Counted from the stretch's first letter, positions 30,366-44,098 are shown. The stretch: DNA of 64,000 bases from the human T2T-CHM13v2.0 reference genome, Homo sapiens (GCF_009914755.1 NC_060939.1); one strand, 5' to 3'. Translations and numbers: made by a program. The notes: generated from the letters alone by a model not told the origin.

Positions 30366-30631
30366 CTGTGATACATATTATTGCATTGAATCCCCAAGTA
30401 AGTTAGAGATTCTTAGTCTCTCTACAGTTAAGGAAACCAAGGCTCAGCAGGATCATACAGCAAGATTTCCCCTGATTGCATGGCTAGTAAGTGTTGAGGC
30501 TGAGATTCTAACTGAGGTCTATCTCATGGAAAACCCATGCTCACAGCCACTGTGCTGTGTGCTCTTCCTGTCTGGATGTGGTCCTTGTCTGGGTACCTCA
30601 GTGTTCTCATGAGGCACCTCTGGCTTCTGAG

Positions 30632-31564
30632 ATGTAGACAGAAACTAGGTATTAGGTTGGTGCAAAAGTAATTGCAGTTTTTGCCATAAAAGTATGTTTT
30701 AGAATTAACATCCCAAATGAAAGGTACTTGAAGTTTAAGCCACTCTGAATACTAATAAGATACATAGTGTAATAGTAACGTATGCCTGAGACCCAGCCTA
30801 ATATTCTTCTTTGAATTCACACTTAACACTCACTCACGCAACCAATTTTATTGAAGCGCTCTTTGTGCAAGAAAGTCCACTTTGAAACTAGAGTTCTCCA
30901 GGGAAACAAAAGCCTCCTTAGAAACAATGTTGGAATCTGGATTGCTGTGGAAGAAACTTAAAAAGCTTGAGTCCCTTCCACTTCTATTCTTGGATGGGTT
31001 TTGGCCCCTAGCTGGTTCAGAAATTCTTTATCCTCATTTAGATTCTCTAAAGGAGTGGCTCATTCCAGCCCAGCACAGCCTCATTCTGCCCATAGCAGGT
31101 TTCCACCCTGGCTCTGCTCCCCCGCAGCGCGAGCACCAGGAGGGGACAGCTGCTGGGCCCACTTTGCATAGGGGCATGTATGACCCAGGCAGGGCGGACT
31201 CTCTGTGGAAAAACCTCAGGGCTGCTTTCTGGCTTTAGTCATATTCGTTAGATGAAACTTGTAGGTGTTACTAAGACATTCTGCGCCCTGAAATTGGGAG
31301 TGGTTTTGAAAACTGGTCTCAACTATTAGATTCCGAACAACTAAGCTTCCACATTCATTGACAGTTACATGCAGCAAAGAAGTCTTTCTCATTGCCTGTT
31401 TTTCCATCCTTCTATGTGCAAACACTATGTATCTTATTAGTATTTAGAGTGGCTTAAACTTCTAGTACCTTTCATTAGGGATGTTAATTCTTAAATACAC
31501 TTTTAATGGCAAAAACCGCAATTACTTTTGCACCAACCTAAAACCTAGATGTTTCTGTCTACAT
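30632..31564. repeat. Inverted repeat with ~140 bp arms and 651 bp spacer; each arm holds one Hsmar1/MADE1 TIR
   Basis: 30632-30770 is the near reverse complement of 31422-31564; ttaggttggtgcaaaagtaattgc(a/g)gtttttgcca occurs in each arm. Confidence 0.95.
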
Positions 31565-31970
31565 AGTCAGATAGTGAGTGGAGGCAGTGCAAGAGATGTC
31601 AGTTTTGCAGCTTGCTTTTCTTCAGTTCCTCGCATCAGATTCTGTTCTCTGTTCTGATTCTCTTTTCAGACACCTGTTTCTCCTCGTTTTCTAGTTTCTG
31701 GTAGTATTACCTCAGAATCTAGAGCTAACCCCCGAGTGCTCCTTGGCTGAGAGCACTTTAATACCTAATGGATGATAACAGGATCTAACATGGAGTTGTG
31801 GAGAAATCATGGACACAGGATTTATTTATTTAATAAATATATTTATTGTCACTACATGGAGAGTACACCATACTCACCTCTGGATGAGTGGGGAAACTGC
31901 TGATATGAGGTCATTTCCCCAAAATGACGCTTTTGTTATCATGTCAGGGTGGCTTTACTTCCACCATTAG

Positions 31971-32281
<311 letters not shown>

Positions 32282-33539
32282 GCTTCCTTTTTTAAAACCA
32301 ATTTTTTCCTATGCTGATATTCTAGGAAATGTTAGTAAGCATACAGTAAAATGTGCTCAAAGTGCACATAAACCTGGGACATGTTGGAGTTAAACAAAAC
32401 TAAATAGTTTTCTTAGCTGCAGGGTGCCCAGAGCCTGCAACGTACGAATGTGTGTCATAATTGTTCACAAAGGGCTCCATCATGTTAAGCATTTCCTAGT
32501 TATTTGACCATAGAACTTCTTTTTTCATGGCAAGTCTATTAATAGCTCCTAGAACAGAGTTCCAGTGATCATTGTGTGATGAACACTGAAGGTCTTTTTC
32601 AAAAGCTTTGAAGGTTCTTGTCAAAAGTACATGCATTATCCAGGAGAGGAAATGCAATTGACCACCACTATCCCAGAATAAGCTGGCTGAAATTAGCTAG
32701 CTAATCTCACTTGGCAAGGCCTGAACAACAGCTTCCTCTCTCTTGAGTTTGAATCCCTGTCTGTCATTTCTGCATGATCTATGCTAATTTTTGACCCCAC
32801 TGGTCCTCTTTCTTGCCCCACAATTTATCCTCCCTAACTGACACAGATATAGTGGGCATCAGAGATAATGTTTTCCAGGCTCCAGCAAGAGCCACCCTTT
32901 CAACCCCCAGTCCCAACAACGAAACACTGTAAGAAGCTTTGTCTATGTCAGGCATTCTCTGGCTTACAAGGAGGAAAGATTTTCCTTCCTAACCTAACTG
33001 AACTTAATCCTGAACTTAATCCTGAAATCTTCTCATCGCTTTTTCACCTCTGAAAAATGTGACCTTAATCAAACATGACTGCTAAATATTGGACAGGGTG
33101 AGAGCCACAGAGAATCAAAAGGAAACATGCTGAAAGGTAGTGTGTATGTGTATTAAACTTTCCTGAGCAATTTCAAAGAGGTAGTAGTTGTGTGAAGGGT
33201 AGAATATTTGTACCATGATTTGGATTTGGTAGAAATCTTTTCAGTCAGCAGTGAAGGCAAACTGGTCATAGAAGTCCTACCCACCCTTCTATCTCAACCA
33301 ACTTCTAAGGCATGGAGACAGGTAATTAAGACATCACCTGGGGCTCTACTTGTCAGATCCCCAAAAGAACTTTCACAATTAAGTTCTTTAAGATCATTTG
33401 GGTGTTATGCCTTATGTTTATTTAGCTCTTTAGAGTTTGTCAAATACTTTCACATATCTTATCCAAACTGATTTAAAAAATTATTTGTATTTTACTTTTT
33501 AAATTAAATTAATTCATTTTGGCCTGGTAATGTCACAAA

Positions 33540-33930
33540 AAATTATTTTTAGAACGGTTTTAGGTTTACATAAAAATTGGCCTGAAAGTGAAGAGGATTC
33601 CCACTTACCTACATTTTCTTCTCCCTGAAGTTTCTTTTACTATTAATATCTGGCATTACTGAGGTATATTTGTTACAATTCATCAATCAGTATGGATACA
33701 TTATTATTAAATGAAGTCCACAGTTTACATCAGGGCTCATCTTTGTGTTGTGCAGTCTGTGGGCCTTGAAAGACGTAAAATGTCATGTATCCACCATTAG
33801 AATATCATAGAGAATAGTTTCACTGCCCTAAAAATATGATGTGTTCCACCTGTTCATCCTCGAGTCCCTGGCAATCATTGGTCTATTTCCTGTCTGTATA
33901 GTTTGCCTTTTCCAAATGTCATGTAGTTGG
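33540..33930 (-). mobile_element. Old L1M 3' fragment
   Basis: tttaggtttacataaaaattg...agtttcactgccctaaaa...ttgccttttccaaatgtcatgtagttgg. Confidence 0.7.
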
Positions 33931-34385
33931 CCAAATTGACTTTAATCTTCATGACAACTCTGTAGCTAGGCAAGTTTTATTATCTCATCTTAGATGAAAG
34001 AAGTTCAGTGAGATGAAGTGACTTATCTGAGGACTCATGCTCAAGGGTACCCAAGCCAGGACTAGGACCAGCTAAAAGCATGAACACCAGCCAATTTCAG
34101 AAAGGGGTTAATTGCTGAAGACATAGACTATTAGCTTACAGGAGCCCTCTCAGCCCAAGCACTTTAATTTCTTAGTAGCTACAAGGAGGAAGATTGCACA
34201 TCTTCAAAGGAAACTAGATGCATGATATTGGTGAGATGAGACTTGGAGGTGACTTCACAGATGACGGATTTAATGCCCCATAATTATGAAGGAAGGCCAG
34301 TCTCTGCCAGTCTGACTCAGAGGGCTTACTGAGTCATCCTATTTGTCCTCTGCTGCTATTTATGGGCTTCCCAGTTGCTGATATT

Positions 34386-35597
34386 TGCCGGGCTGGTCTC
34401 CAGCTCCTAACCACGAGTGATCTGCCAGCCTCGGCCTCCCGAGGTGCCGGGATTGCAGACGGAGTCTTGTTCACTCAGTGCTCAATGTTGCCCAGGCTGG
34501 AGTGCAGTGGCGTGATCTCGGCTAGCTACAACCTCCACCTCCCAGCCACCTGCCTTGGCCTCCCAAAGTGCCGAGATTGCAGCCTCTGCCCAGCCGCCAC
34601 CCCATCTGGGAAGTGAGGAGCATCTCTGCCTGGCCGCCCATTGTCTGGGATGTGAGGAGCCCCTCTTCCCAGCTGCCATCCTGTCTAGGAAGTGAGGAGC
34701 ATCTCTGCCCGGCTGCCCATCATCTGAGATGTGGGGAGCGCCTCTGCCCCGCCACCCCGTCTGGGATGTGAGGAGCGCCTCTGCCCGGCCGTGACCCCAT
34801 CTGGGAGGTGAGGAGCGTCTCTGCCCGGCCGCCCTGCCTGAGAAGTGAGGAGCCCCTCCGCCCGGCAGCTGCCCCGTCTGAGAAGTGAGGAGCCCCTCCG
34901 CCCAGCAGCCGCCCCGTCTGAGAAGTGAGGAGCCCCTCCGCCCAGCAGCCGCCCCATCTGGGAGGTGGGGGGCAGCCCCCGCCCGGCCAGCCGCCCCGTC
35001 CGGGAGGGAGGTGGGGGGGCGCCTCTGCCCGGCCGCCCCTTCTGGAAGGTGAGGAGCCCCTCTGCCCAGCCGCCGCCCTGTCTGGGAGGTGTGCCCAGTG
35101 GCTCATTGAGAGCGGGCCATGATGATGATGGCGGTTCTGTCAAATGGAGAGGGGGGAAATGTGGGGAAAGGATGGAGAAATCAGATTGTTGCTGTGTCTG
35201 TGTAGAGGGAAGTGGACATGGGAGACTCCATTTTGTTCTGTACTGGGAAAGGTTCTTCTGCCTTGGGATGCTGTTGATCTGTGACCTTACCCCCAACCCA
35301 GTGGTCTCTGAAACATGTGCTGTGTCCACTCAGGGTTAAATGGATTAAGGGTGGTGCAAGATGTACTTTGTTAAACAGATGCTTGAAGACAGCATGCTCG
35401 TTAAGAGTCATCACCACTCCCTAATCTCAAGTACCCAGGGACACAAACACTGCAGTAGGCCGCAGGGTCCACTGCCTAGGAAAACCAGAGACCTTTGTTC
35501 ACTTGTTTATCTGCTGACCTTCCCTCCACTATTGTCCTATGACCCTGCCAAATCCCCCTATGTGAGAAACACCCAAGAATGATCAATAAAAAAAAAA
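34386..35597 (+). mobile_element. SVA retrotransposon, 5'-truncated, older subfamily (SVA_B/C-like)
   Basis: Alu-like domain (ctcctaaccacgagtgatctgccagcc, tcactcagtgctcaatgttgccc), GC-rich VNTR (gaagtgaggagcccctccgccc) at ~34580-35090, SINE-R, AATAAA at 35585-35590 and A tail; no CCCTCT hexamer. Confidence 0.97.
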
Positions 35598-36212
35598 GAA
35601 CTAAGATTAGATGAGAATTATAAAAGCATATTGTATGCAAGGATTATATATGCATTAACATTGTTGATACAGTGCAATTGTGCTATACATCTATTTTTTA
35701 AAAGTGGGGAAGATGAAGAAAGTATATACAAAAATGATTTAGCTGTTTTCAGTAATTACATGAGCGGTGGTGGTATTGGCATTATTGTTCTGAGACTGTT
35801 GTATGTATAATGTGGAATAAAACAAATGTGTAATTATGAAAAAAAGAGAATAAACAGGGTGACAGGTGTGGGATAGTCATTTTAAAGAATATTTAGTAGC
35901 TGATTCTTTTTTAAAGCTCTCCATGCTTAAAATATAAATATTCTGAAAGAAAACAAAAGCCAAGACCCTTTTTGTAGAGAGTTGGAGAATGCTAGGACTT
36001 TCTGGGAGTGCTGGCTTTTGCACAGGCATGGGTAAACATTAGTGAAGTTATTGCTGAGAACAGCTCGGGACAGGAGGGGAATGAAAAGAGAAGACAGTAT
36101 GGAGACAATGAGAGAAAAGGACTGAAATGTAGTCACCTGAGCAACTTAAGATCCGTTTGTCATTAGAAAGAGACTAGAACAGCAACATCACCCTCATAAA
36201 GTGTAGTCATCT

Positions 36213-36517
<305 letters not shown>

Positions 36518-36529
36518 TCATCTGAGTCC

Positions 36530-36990
36530 ATGTAGTAGACTAATTGCTTACTCCAAAGGAGTGATTGAAGAAAGATTAATGAAGGGGCTATTTACAAAGG
36601 TGCAAGCAGGATTAGGGGGGCATTCTGGAGCCAGTAGCTGCAGAGAGCTATGACCATCCTTAGGCCTAAGGAGGCAAGGGAAGGGAGCACTTACTGGACC
36701 CTAGAGAGACTTGTAGTTTAGCAGAGGCTGTCTGACTTAACTGGGCCCTTTGGTAGAGGAAAGCAGCCAATGCCAATCTACAGGGGGTGAGCTGGAGAAT
36801 AAATAACACACTCTTTTCTTTCATCCTCTTAATTTCTGCTGATACTTTCCATTGGCCAAACCCTAAAATGAAACAGAGACCAAGGAAACCCATATGATAC
36901 AATAATCCATGAAGGTCAGCCTCCCAGGCCACTGGGTCAGCAGAGCAGAGGAGGGTGGAGAGGGCTCTGGAGGGCCACACACCAAAAACC
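36530..36990. mobile_element. Old MaLR LTR (MLT1K-like)
   Basis: ttaatgaaggggctatttacaaagg...ccattggccaaaccc...ggtcagcctccc. Confidence 0.6.
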
Positions 36991-37389
36991 TTCAGCTCCA
37001 AGGAAGAGGATCATGTTAATGCACTAGGGATAGACAGTACCAGAAGATTGTGTTGAAATCTGCTTTAAGTCTTTATTCATATTAAAGTCACTATTAATTA
37101 ATTAAAATATTATAATGACATATATTGAGTGTGCAGCTTCAACTTTATATATCCCTTGGTGCTTGAAAATTCTGAAATGCCTGTTTTGGAAGGGTCCATC
37201 TCCCTCAAGTCCCTATGGAAAATCACTCCTAAGAGGCAAGACAAGGGTAGCTGTGTTAAAGTTGAATGTGTATGGAAAGCTTAGTTAAAAAGCCATTGCA
37301 TAGTTATAATAATAAAGAGGGGGTCACAGTTTGCACCTACACATATTAATATTTTCCCACTTTATACTTAGATTTAGCTTAAGTTTATC

Positions 37390-37950
37390 CATTTATTCAT
37401 TCAACAAACACATACTATGCTCCTGCTTTGTGATTGTAAAAGGATCTACAAAATCTGTCTCTAATAACCCTCCCTGACTCCTGGCCCCTGGCCCCCAGCC
37501 ACCACTGGCAGGACTGATGGTAGGTGGTGAGGCAAAGGAAAAGCTTCTTTGAGGCAGTGACATTTGAGCAGAGGAGGAAGGAGTCAGCCCTGCAGATCTT
37601 GGGGACGGGCTGAGGAAATAGCTTGCTCAAGGATCTGAGCTTTGCGTGAAGGTGGAAGGTGCTAGGGGAGGCAATGATACGGCAGTCTGAGGCCTGTTCA
37701 TGGAGGGCCTTCCAGGCCACAGTAAGACATTTGGATTTTATTCTGAGGGTGATGTATAGTAAATAGAAGGTTCTGAGCAGGAAAGTGAGATGACAGAATT
37801 TATCTTTCTAAAAGATCACTCCAGCTACTATGTGGAGATTGATTCCAGGGAAATGGAAGCAAGGGAACTGATTAGGAGGCGATTTCAGTGTCTGTGACAA
37901 GGGATGGCAGTGGTCAGTAGAGGTGCTGAAAAGTGGTTGGGCGTGGATAC
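37390..37950 (-). mobile_element. L2 fragment
   Basis: catttattcattcaacaaac; ttggattttattctgagggtgat; aaaagatcactccagct. Confidence 0.65.
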
Positions 37951-38934
37951 ACTCTATGTGGATATTCATATTGTCATTTTAGTTAAAGATGACAATTTTC
38001 TAAAGGAAGATTTTCTTTTGTGGATGGGGTTGAGGGAACTCACACCAGTTAAAATGAATTGAATTGCTGTTGTCTAACTTAGCCTGCCTCAAATTCACTC
38101 AGGAGACTTATTTAAAAAGGAAGATTTCCCAGAGAGATTTATTTAAGGGAAAGCAGAATTGGCATTCTTCTTTGGACTTAGAGCACCTTGACAAGCTGTT
38201 GCCAGGACACGCAAGTGGGATGGTGTCTCTTGTGCAACTGATAAGAGGAAGTGACCCTTGGATTGAAGGAAGTAGAAAGATTAAATCAGAAAGAATCAAG
38301 GTTCAGAGTCTGCAAAGCCACAAGCCCTCTGTATGGGCCAGCAAGCCCCTGGGCCTGAGAGGCATCAGTAATTGTCACCCGAGTTGGATTGAACTGAAAT
38401 AAAGAAGTAAAGATCCTATATCATCTATTGAAATCTTTAAAAGGGTTGCTAGATATGCATTACTAATCTATATATTATCTTAAAAACAAACAAGACTTGA
38501 CTCTGAAGAGAGCGCTAGATCTCCCAGCACAATGTTTGAGCTCTGCCAATGATCAGACTGCCTCCTCAAGTGTGTCCCTGACCCCCATGTCTCCAGACTG
38601 GGAGACACTTCCCAGCAGGGGCCAACAGACACCTCATACAGGAAAGCTCTGGCTGGCATCTGGTGGGTGCTCCTCTGGGATGAAGCTTCCAGAGGAAGGA
38701 ACAGGCAGCAATCTTTGCTGCTCTGTAGCCTCCACTGGTGATACCCAGGCAAACAGGGTCTGGAGTGGAACTCCTGCAAACTCCAGCAGACCTGCAGCAG
38801 AGGGGCCTGACTGTTAGAAGGAAAACTAACAAACAGGAAGGAATAGTATCAACATCAACAAAAAGGATGTCCACTCAGAAACCCCATCTGAAGGTCACCA
38901 ACATCAAACACCAAAGGGAGATAAATCCATGAAG

Positions 38935-39959
38935 ATGGGGTGAAACCAGTGTAAAAAGGCTGAAAATTCCAAAAACCAGAATGCCTCTTCTCCTCCAAAG
39001 GATCACAACTCCTCACCAGCAAGGGAACAAAACTGTACAGAGAATGAGTTTGACAAATTGACAGAAGTAGGCTTCAGAAGGTGGGTAATAACAAACTCCT
39101 CTGAGCTAAAGGAGCATGTTCTAACCCAAGGCAAGGAAGCTAAGAACCTTGAAAAAATGATAGATGAATTGCTAACTAGAATAACCACTTTAGAGAAGAA
39201 CATAAATGACCTGATGGAGCTGAAAAACACAGCACGAGAACTTTGTGAAGCATATACAAGTATCAATAGCCAAATCAATCAAGCGGAAAAAAGGAAATCA
39301 GAGATTGAAGATCAAATTAATGAAATAAAGTGTGAAGACAAGATTAGAGAAAAGGAATGAAAAGGAATGAATGAAGCCTCCAAGAAATATGGGACTATGT
39401 GAAAAGACCAAACCTGTGTTTGATTAGTGTATCTGAAAGTGATGGGGAGAATGGAACCAAGTTGGAAAACACTCTGCAGGGTATGATCCAGGAGAACTTC
39501 CCTAGCCTAGCAAGGCAGGCCAACATTCAAATTCAGGAAATACAGAGAACACCACAAAGATATTCATTGAGAAGAGCAACCCCAAGACACATAATCGTCA
39601 GGTTCACCAAGGTTGAAATGAAGGAAAAAATGTTAAGGGCAGCCAGAGAGAAAGGTCACGTTACCCACAAAGGGAAGCCCATCAGACTAACAGCAGATCT
39701 CTCTGCAGAAACCCTACAAGCCAGAAGAGAATGAGGGCCAATATTCAACATTCTTAAAGAAAAGAATTTTGAACTCAGAATTTCATATCCAGCCAAACTA
39801 AGCTTCATAAGTGAAGGAGAAATAAAATCCTTTACAGACAAGCAAATGCTGAGAGGTTTTGTCACCACCAGGCCTGCCTTACAAGAGCACCTGAAGGAAG
39901 CACTAAACATGGAAAGGAACAACCAGTACCAGCCACTGCAAAAACATGCCAAATTATAA
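38935..39959 (+). pseudogene. L1 ORF1p, disrupted
   Basis: ATG GGG TGA early stop; fragments RPNLCLISVSE...ENFPSLARQANIQIQEIQRTP...RLTADLSAETLQARRE. Confidence 0.92.
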
Positions 39960-40022
39960 AGACCATCAACGCTATGAAGAAACTGCATCAACTAACGGGC
40001 AAAATAACCAGCTAACATCATA

Positions 40023-43000
40023 ATGACAGGATCAAATTCACACATAACAATATTAACCTTAAATGTAAATGGGCTAAATGCCCCAATTGAAAGATACAGA
40101 CTGGCAAATGGGATAAATAGTCAAGACCCATTGGTGTGCTGTATTCAGGAGACCCACCTCACTTGCAAAGATACACATAGGCTCAAAATAAAGGGATGGA
40201 GGAATATTCACCAAGCAAATGGAAAGCAAAAAAAGCAGAGGTTGCCATCCTAGTCTCTGATAAAACAGACTTTAAACCAGTAAAGATAAAAAGAGACACA
40301 GAAGGGCATTACATAATGGTAAAGAGATCAATGCAACAAGAAGAGCTGCCTATCCTAAATATATATGCACCCAATACAGGAGCACACAGACTCATAAAGC
40401 AAGTTCTTGGAGACCTACAAAGAGACTTAGACTCCCACACAATAATAGTGGGAGACTTTAACACCCCACTGTCAACATTAGACAGGTCAATGAGACAGAA
40501 AATTAACAAGGATATTCAGGACTTGAACTCAGCTCTGGACCAAGCAGACCTAATAGACATCTACAGAACTCTCCACCCCAAATTGATAGAATACACATTC
40601 TTCTCAGCACCTCATCACACTTATTCTAAAATTGACCACATAATTGGAAGTAAAACACTTCTCAGCAAATGGAAAAGAACGGAAATCATAACAAACAGTC
40701 TCTCAGATCACAGTGCAATCAAATTAGAACTCAGGATTAAGAAACTCACTCAAAACCGCACAACTACATGGAAACTGAACAACCTGCTACTGAATGACTA
40801 CTGGGTAAATAACAAAATGAAGGCAGAAATAAATAAGTTCTTTGAAACCAATGAGAACAAAGACACAATGTACCAGAATCTCTGGGACACAGCTGAAACC
40901 ATGTTTAGAGGGAAATTTATAGCACTAAAAAAGGAGGAAAGATCTAAAATTGACACCTTAACATCACAATGGAGAGAACTAGCAGAACTGAAGGAGATAG
41001 AGACACAAAAAACCCTTCAAAAAATCAGTGAATCCAGGAGCTGGTTTTTTGAAAAGATCAACAAAATTGATGGACCATTAGCCAGACTAATAAAGAAGAA
41101 AAGAGAGAAGAATCAAATAGATGCAATAAAAAATGATAAAGGGGATATCACCACTGATCCCACAGAAATACAAACTACCATCAGAGAATACTCTAAACAC
41201 CTCTATGCAAAGAAACTAGAAAATCTAGAAGAAATGGATAAATTCCTGGATACATACACCCTCCCAAGTCTAAACCAGGAAGAAGTCAAATCCATGAATA
41301 GACCAATAACAAGTTCTGAAATTGAGGCAGTAATTAATCATCTACCAACCAAAAAAAGTCCAGGACCAGACGGATTCACAGCTGAATTCTACCAGAGGTA
41401 CAAGGAGGAGCTGGTACCATTCCTTCTGAAACTATTCCAAACAATAGAAAAAGAGGGAATCCTCCTTAACTCATTTTATGAGGCCAGCATCATCCTGATA
41501 CCAACACCTGGCAGAGACAAAACAACAGCAAAAAATTTCAAACCAATATCCCTGATGAACATTGATATAAAAATCCTCAATAAAATAGTGGTAAACCAAA
41601 TCCAGCAGCACGTCAAAAAGCTTATCCACCACGATCAATTTGGCTTCATCTCTGGGATGCAAGGCTAGTTCAACATATGCAAATTAATAAACATAATCCA
41701 TCACATAAACAGAACCAATGAAAAAAACCACATGATTATCTCAATAGATGCAGAAAAGTCCTTTGATAAAATTCAGCACCCCTTAAAAATCTCTTTAAAC
41801 TAGGTATTGATGGAACGTATCTCAAAATAATAAGAGCTGTTTATGACAAACTCATAGCCAATATCATACTGAATGGGCAAAACTGGAAGCATTCCCTTTG
41901 AAAACTGGCACAAGACAAGGATGCCCTCTCTCACCACTCCCATTCAACATAGTATTGGAAGTTCTGGCCAGGGCAATCAGGCAAGAGAAAGAAATAAAGG
42001 GTATTCAAATAGGAAGAAAGGAAGTCAAATTGTCTCTGTTTGCAGATGACATGATTGTATATTTAGAAAACCCCATCGTCTCAGCCCAAAATCTCCTTAA
42101 GCAACTTCAGCAAGTCTCAGGATACAAAATCAATATGGAAAAATCACAAGCTTTCCTATACACCAATAATAGACAAACAGAGAGCCAAATCATGAGTAAA
42201 CTCCCATTCACAACTGCCACAAAGAGAATAAAATACTTAGGAATCCAACTCACAAGGGATGTGAAGTACTTCTTCAAGTAGAACTACAAATCACTGCTCA
42301 AGGAAATAAGAGAGGACACAAACAAATGGTAAAACATTCCATGCTCATGGATAGGAAGAATCAATATTATGAAAATGGCCATACTGCCCAAAGTAATTTA
42401 TAGATTCAATGCTATCTCCATCAAGCTACCATTGACTTTCTTCACAGAATTGGAAAAAAACTACTTTAAATTTCATATGGAACCAAAAAAGAGCCCGCAT
42501 AGCCAAGACAATCCTAAGCAAAAAGAACAAAGCTGGAGGCATCATGCTACTTGACTTCAAACTATACTACAAGGCTACGGTAACCAAAACAGCATGATAC
42601 TGGTACCAAAACAGAGACGTAGACCAATGGAACAGAACAGAGCCTTCAGAAATAACACCACACATCTACAACCATCGGATCTTTGACAAACCTGACAGAA
42701 ACAAGAAATGGGGAAAGGACTCCCTATTTAATAAATGGTGTTGGGAAAACTGGCTAGCCATATGCAGAAAACTGAAACTGGACCCCTTCCTCACATCTTA
42801 TACAAAAATTAACTCAAGATGGATTAAAGACTTAAACATAAGACCTAAAACCATAAAAACCCTGGAAGAAAACCTAGGCAATACCATTCAGGACATAGGC
42901 ATGGGCAAGGACTTCATGACTAAAACACCAAAAGCAATGGCAACAAAAGCCAAAATTGACAAATGGGATCTAATTAAACTAAAGAGCTCCTGCACAGCCA

Positions 43001-43748
43001 AAGAAACTATCATCAGACTGATCAGGCAACCTACAGAGTGGGAGAAAACTTTTGTAATCTATCCATGTGACAAAGGGCTAAGATCCAGAATCTACAAAGA
43101 ACTTAAACAAATTTACATGAAAAAAAAACCCCATCAAAAAGTGGGCCAAGGATATGAACAGACACTTCTCAAAAGAAGACATTTATGCAGCCAACAAACA
43201 TATGAAAAAAAACTCATCATCACTCATCATTAGAGAAATATAAATCAAAACCACAATGAGATACCATCTCATGCCAGTTAGAATGGAAATTATTAAAAAG
43301 TCAGGAAACAACAGATGCTGGAGAGGTGGAGAAATAGGAATGCTTTTACACTGTTGGTGGGAGTGTAAATTAGTTCAATCATTGTGGAAGACAGTATGGT
43401 GATTCCTCAAGGATCTAGAACCAGAAATACCATTTGACCCAGCATTCCAATTCTGGGTATATACCCAAAGGACTATAAATCATTCTACTATAAAGACACA
43501 TGCACACATATGTTAATTACAGCACTGTTCACAATAGCAAAGACTTGGAACCAACCCAAATGCCCATCAGTGATAGACTGGATAAAGAAAGTGTGGCACA
43601 TATACACCATGGAATACCACACAGCTATAAAAAAGGATAAGTTCATGTCCTTTGCAGGGACATGGATGAAGCTGGCAACCATCATTCTCAGCAAACACAA
43701 GAACAGAAAATCAAACACCACATGTTCTCACTCATAAGTGGGAGTTGA
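40023..43748 (+). pseudogene. L1 ORF2p (endonuclease/reverse transcriptase), disrupted
   Basis: [59 protein letters not shown]; several frameshifts and stops. Confidence 0.95.
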
Positions 43749-44060
43749 ACAATGAGAACACATGGACATAGGGAGGGGAACATCACACACTGGGGCCTGT
43801 TGTGGGGTGGGGAGCTAGGGGAGGGATAGCATTAGGAGAAATACCTAATGTAGATGACGGGTTGATGGGTGCAGCAAACCACCAAGGCATGTGTATGCCT
43901 ATGTAACAAGCCTGCACGTTCTGCACATGTACCCCAGAACTTAAAGTATAATAATAAAAAAGGGGAAGATTTCCTAATCTCTTACTCAGAAGATCCTGAT
44001 TCTCCAAGACCTAGACATCTGCATTTTTGAACTCAGACTGAGAATTACCATTTAAGTATT

Positions 44061-44098
44061 TAGCACCACCCCCTAGTGGTGGTTACTTGAAATTGCAG
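44061..44098 (-). promoter_or_regulatory. Candidate CTCF site with upstream module
   Basis: Minus strand reads TGCAATTTC-n9-CCACTAGGGGGTGG. Confidence 0.45.

Larger units (their letters stand above)
38497..43961 (+). mobile_element. L1PA (L1PA7-like), about 5.5 kb, truncated within the 5' UTR, inactive
   Basis: Partial 5' UTR, ORF1, ORF2, 3' UTR (gcattaggagaaatacctaatgtagatgacggg) and A-rich tail. Confidence 0.95.

Noticed and set aside
30652-31541. miR-548-type hairpin or autonomous Hsmar1
   Set aside because: The TIRs are about 815 bp apart, not a compact pre-miRNA, and no mariner transposase similarity is visible in the spacer ORFs.
32998-33026. ctgaacttaatc 12 bp tandem duplication
   Set aside because: Ordinary slippage event with no further structure.
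34685-35339. 214 aa and other GC-rich ORFs; apparent CpG island
   Set aside because: They lie within the SVA VNTR and SINE-R.
40196-41668. 490 aa ORF as a functional or domesticated protein
   Set aside because: A frameshifted fragment of L1 ORF2 lacking the endonuclease N-terminus and the RT catalytic core.
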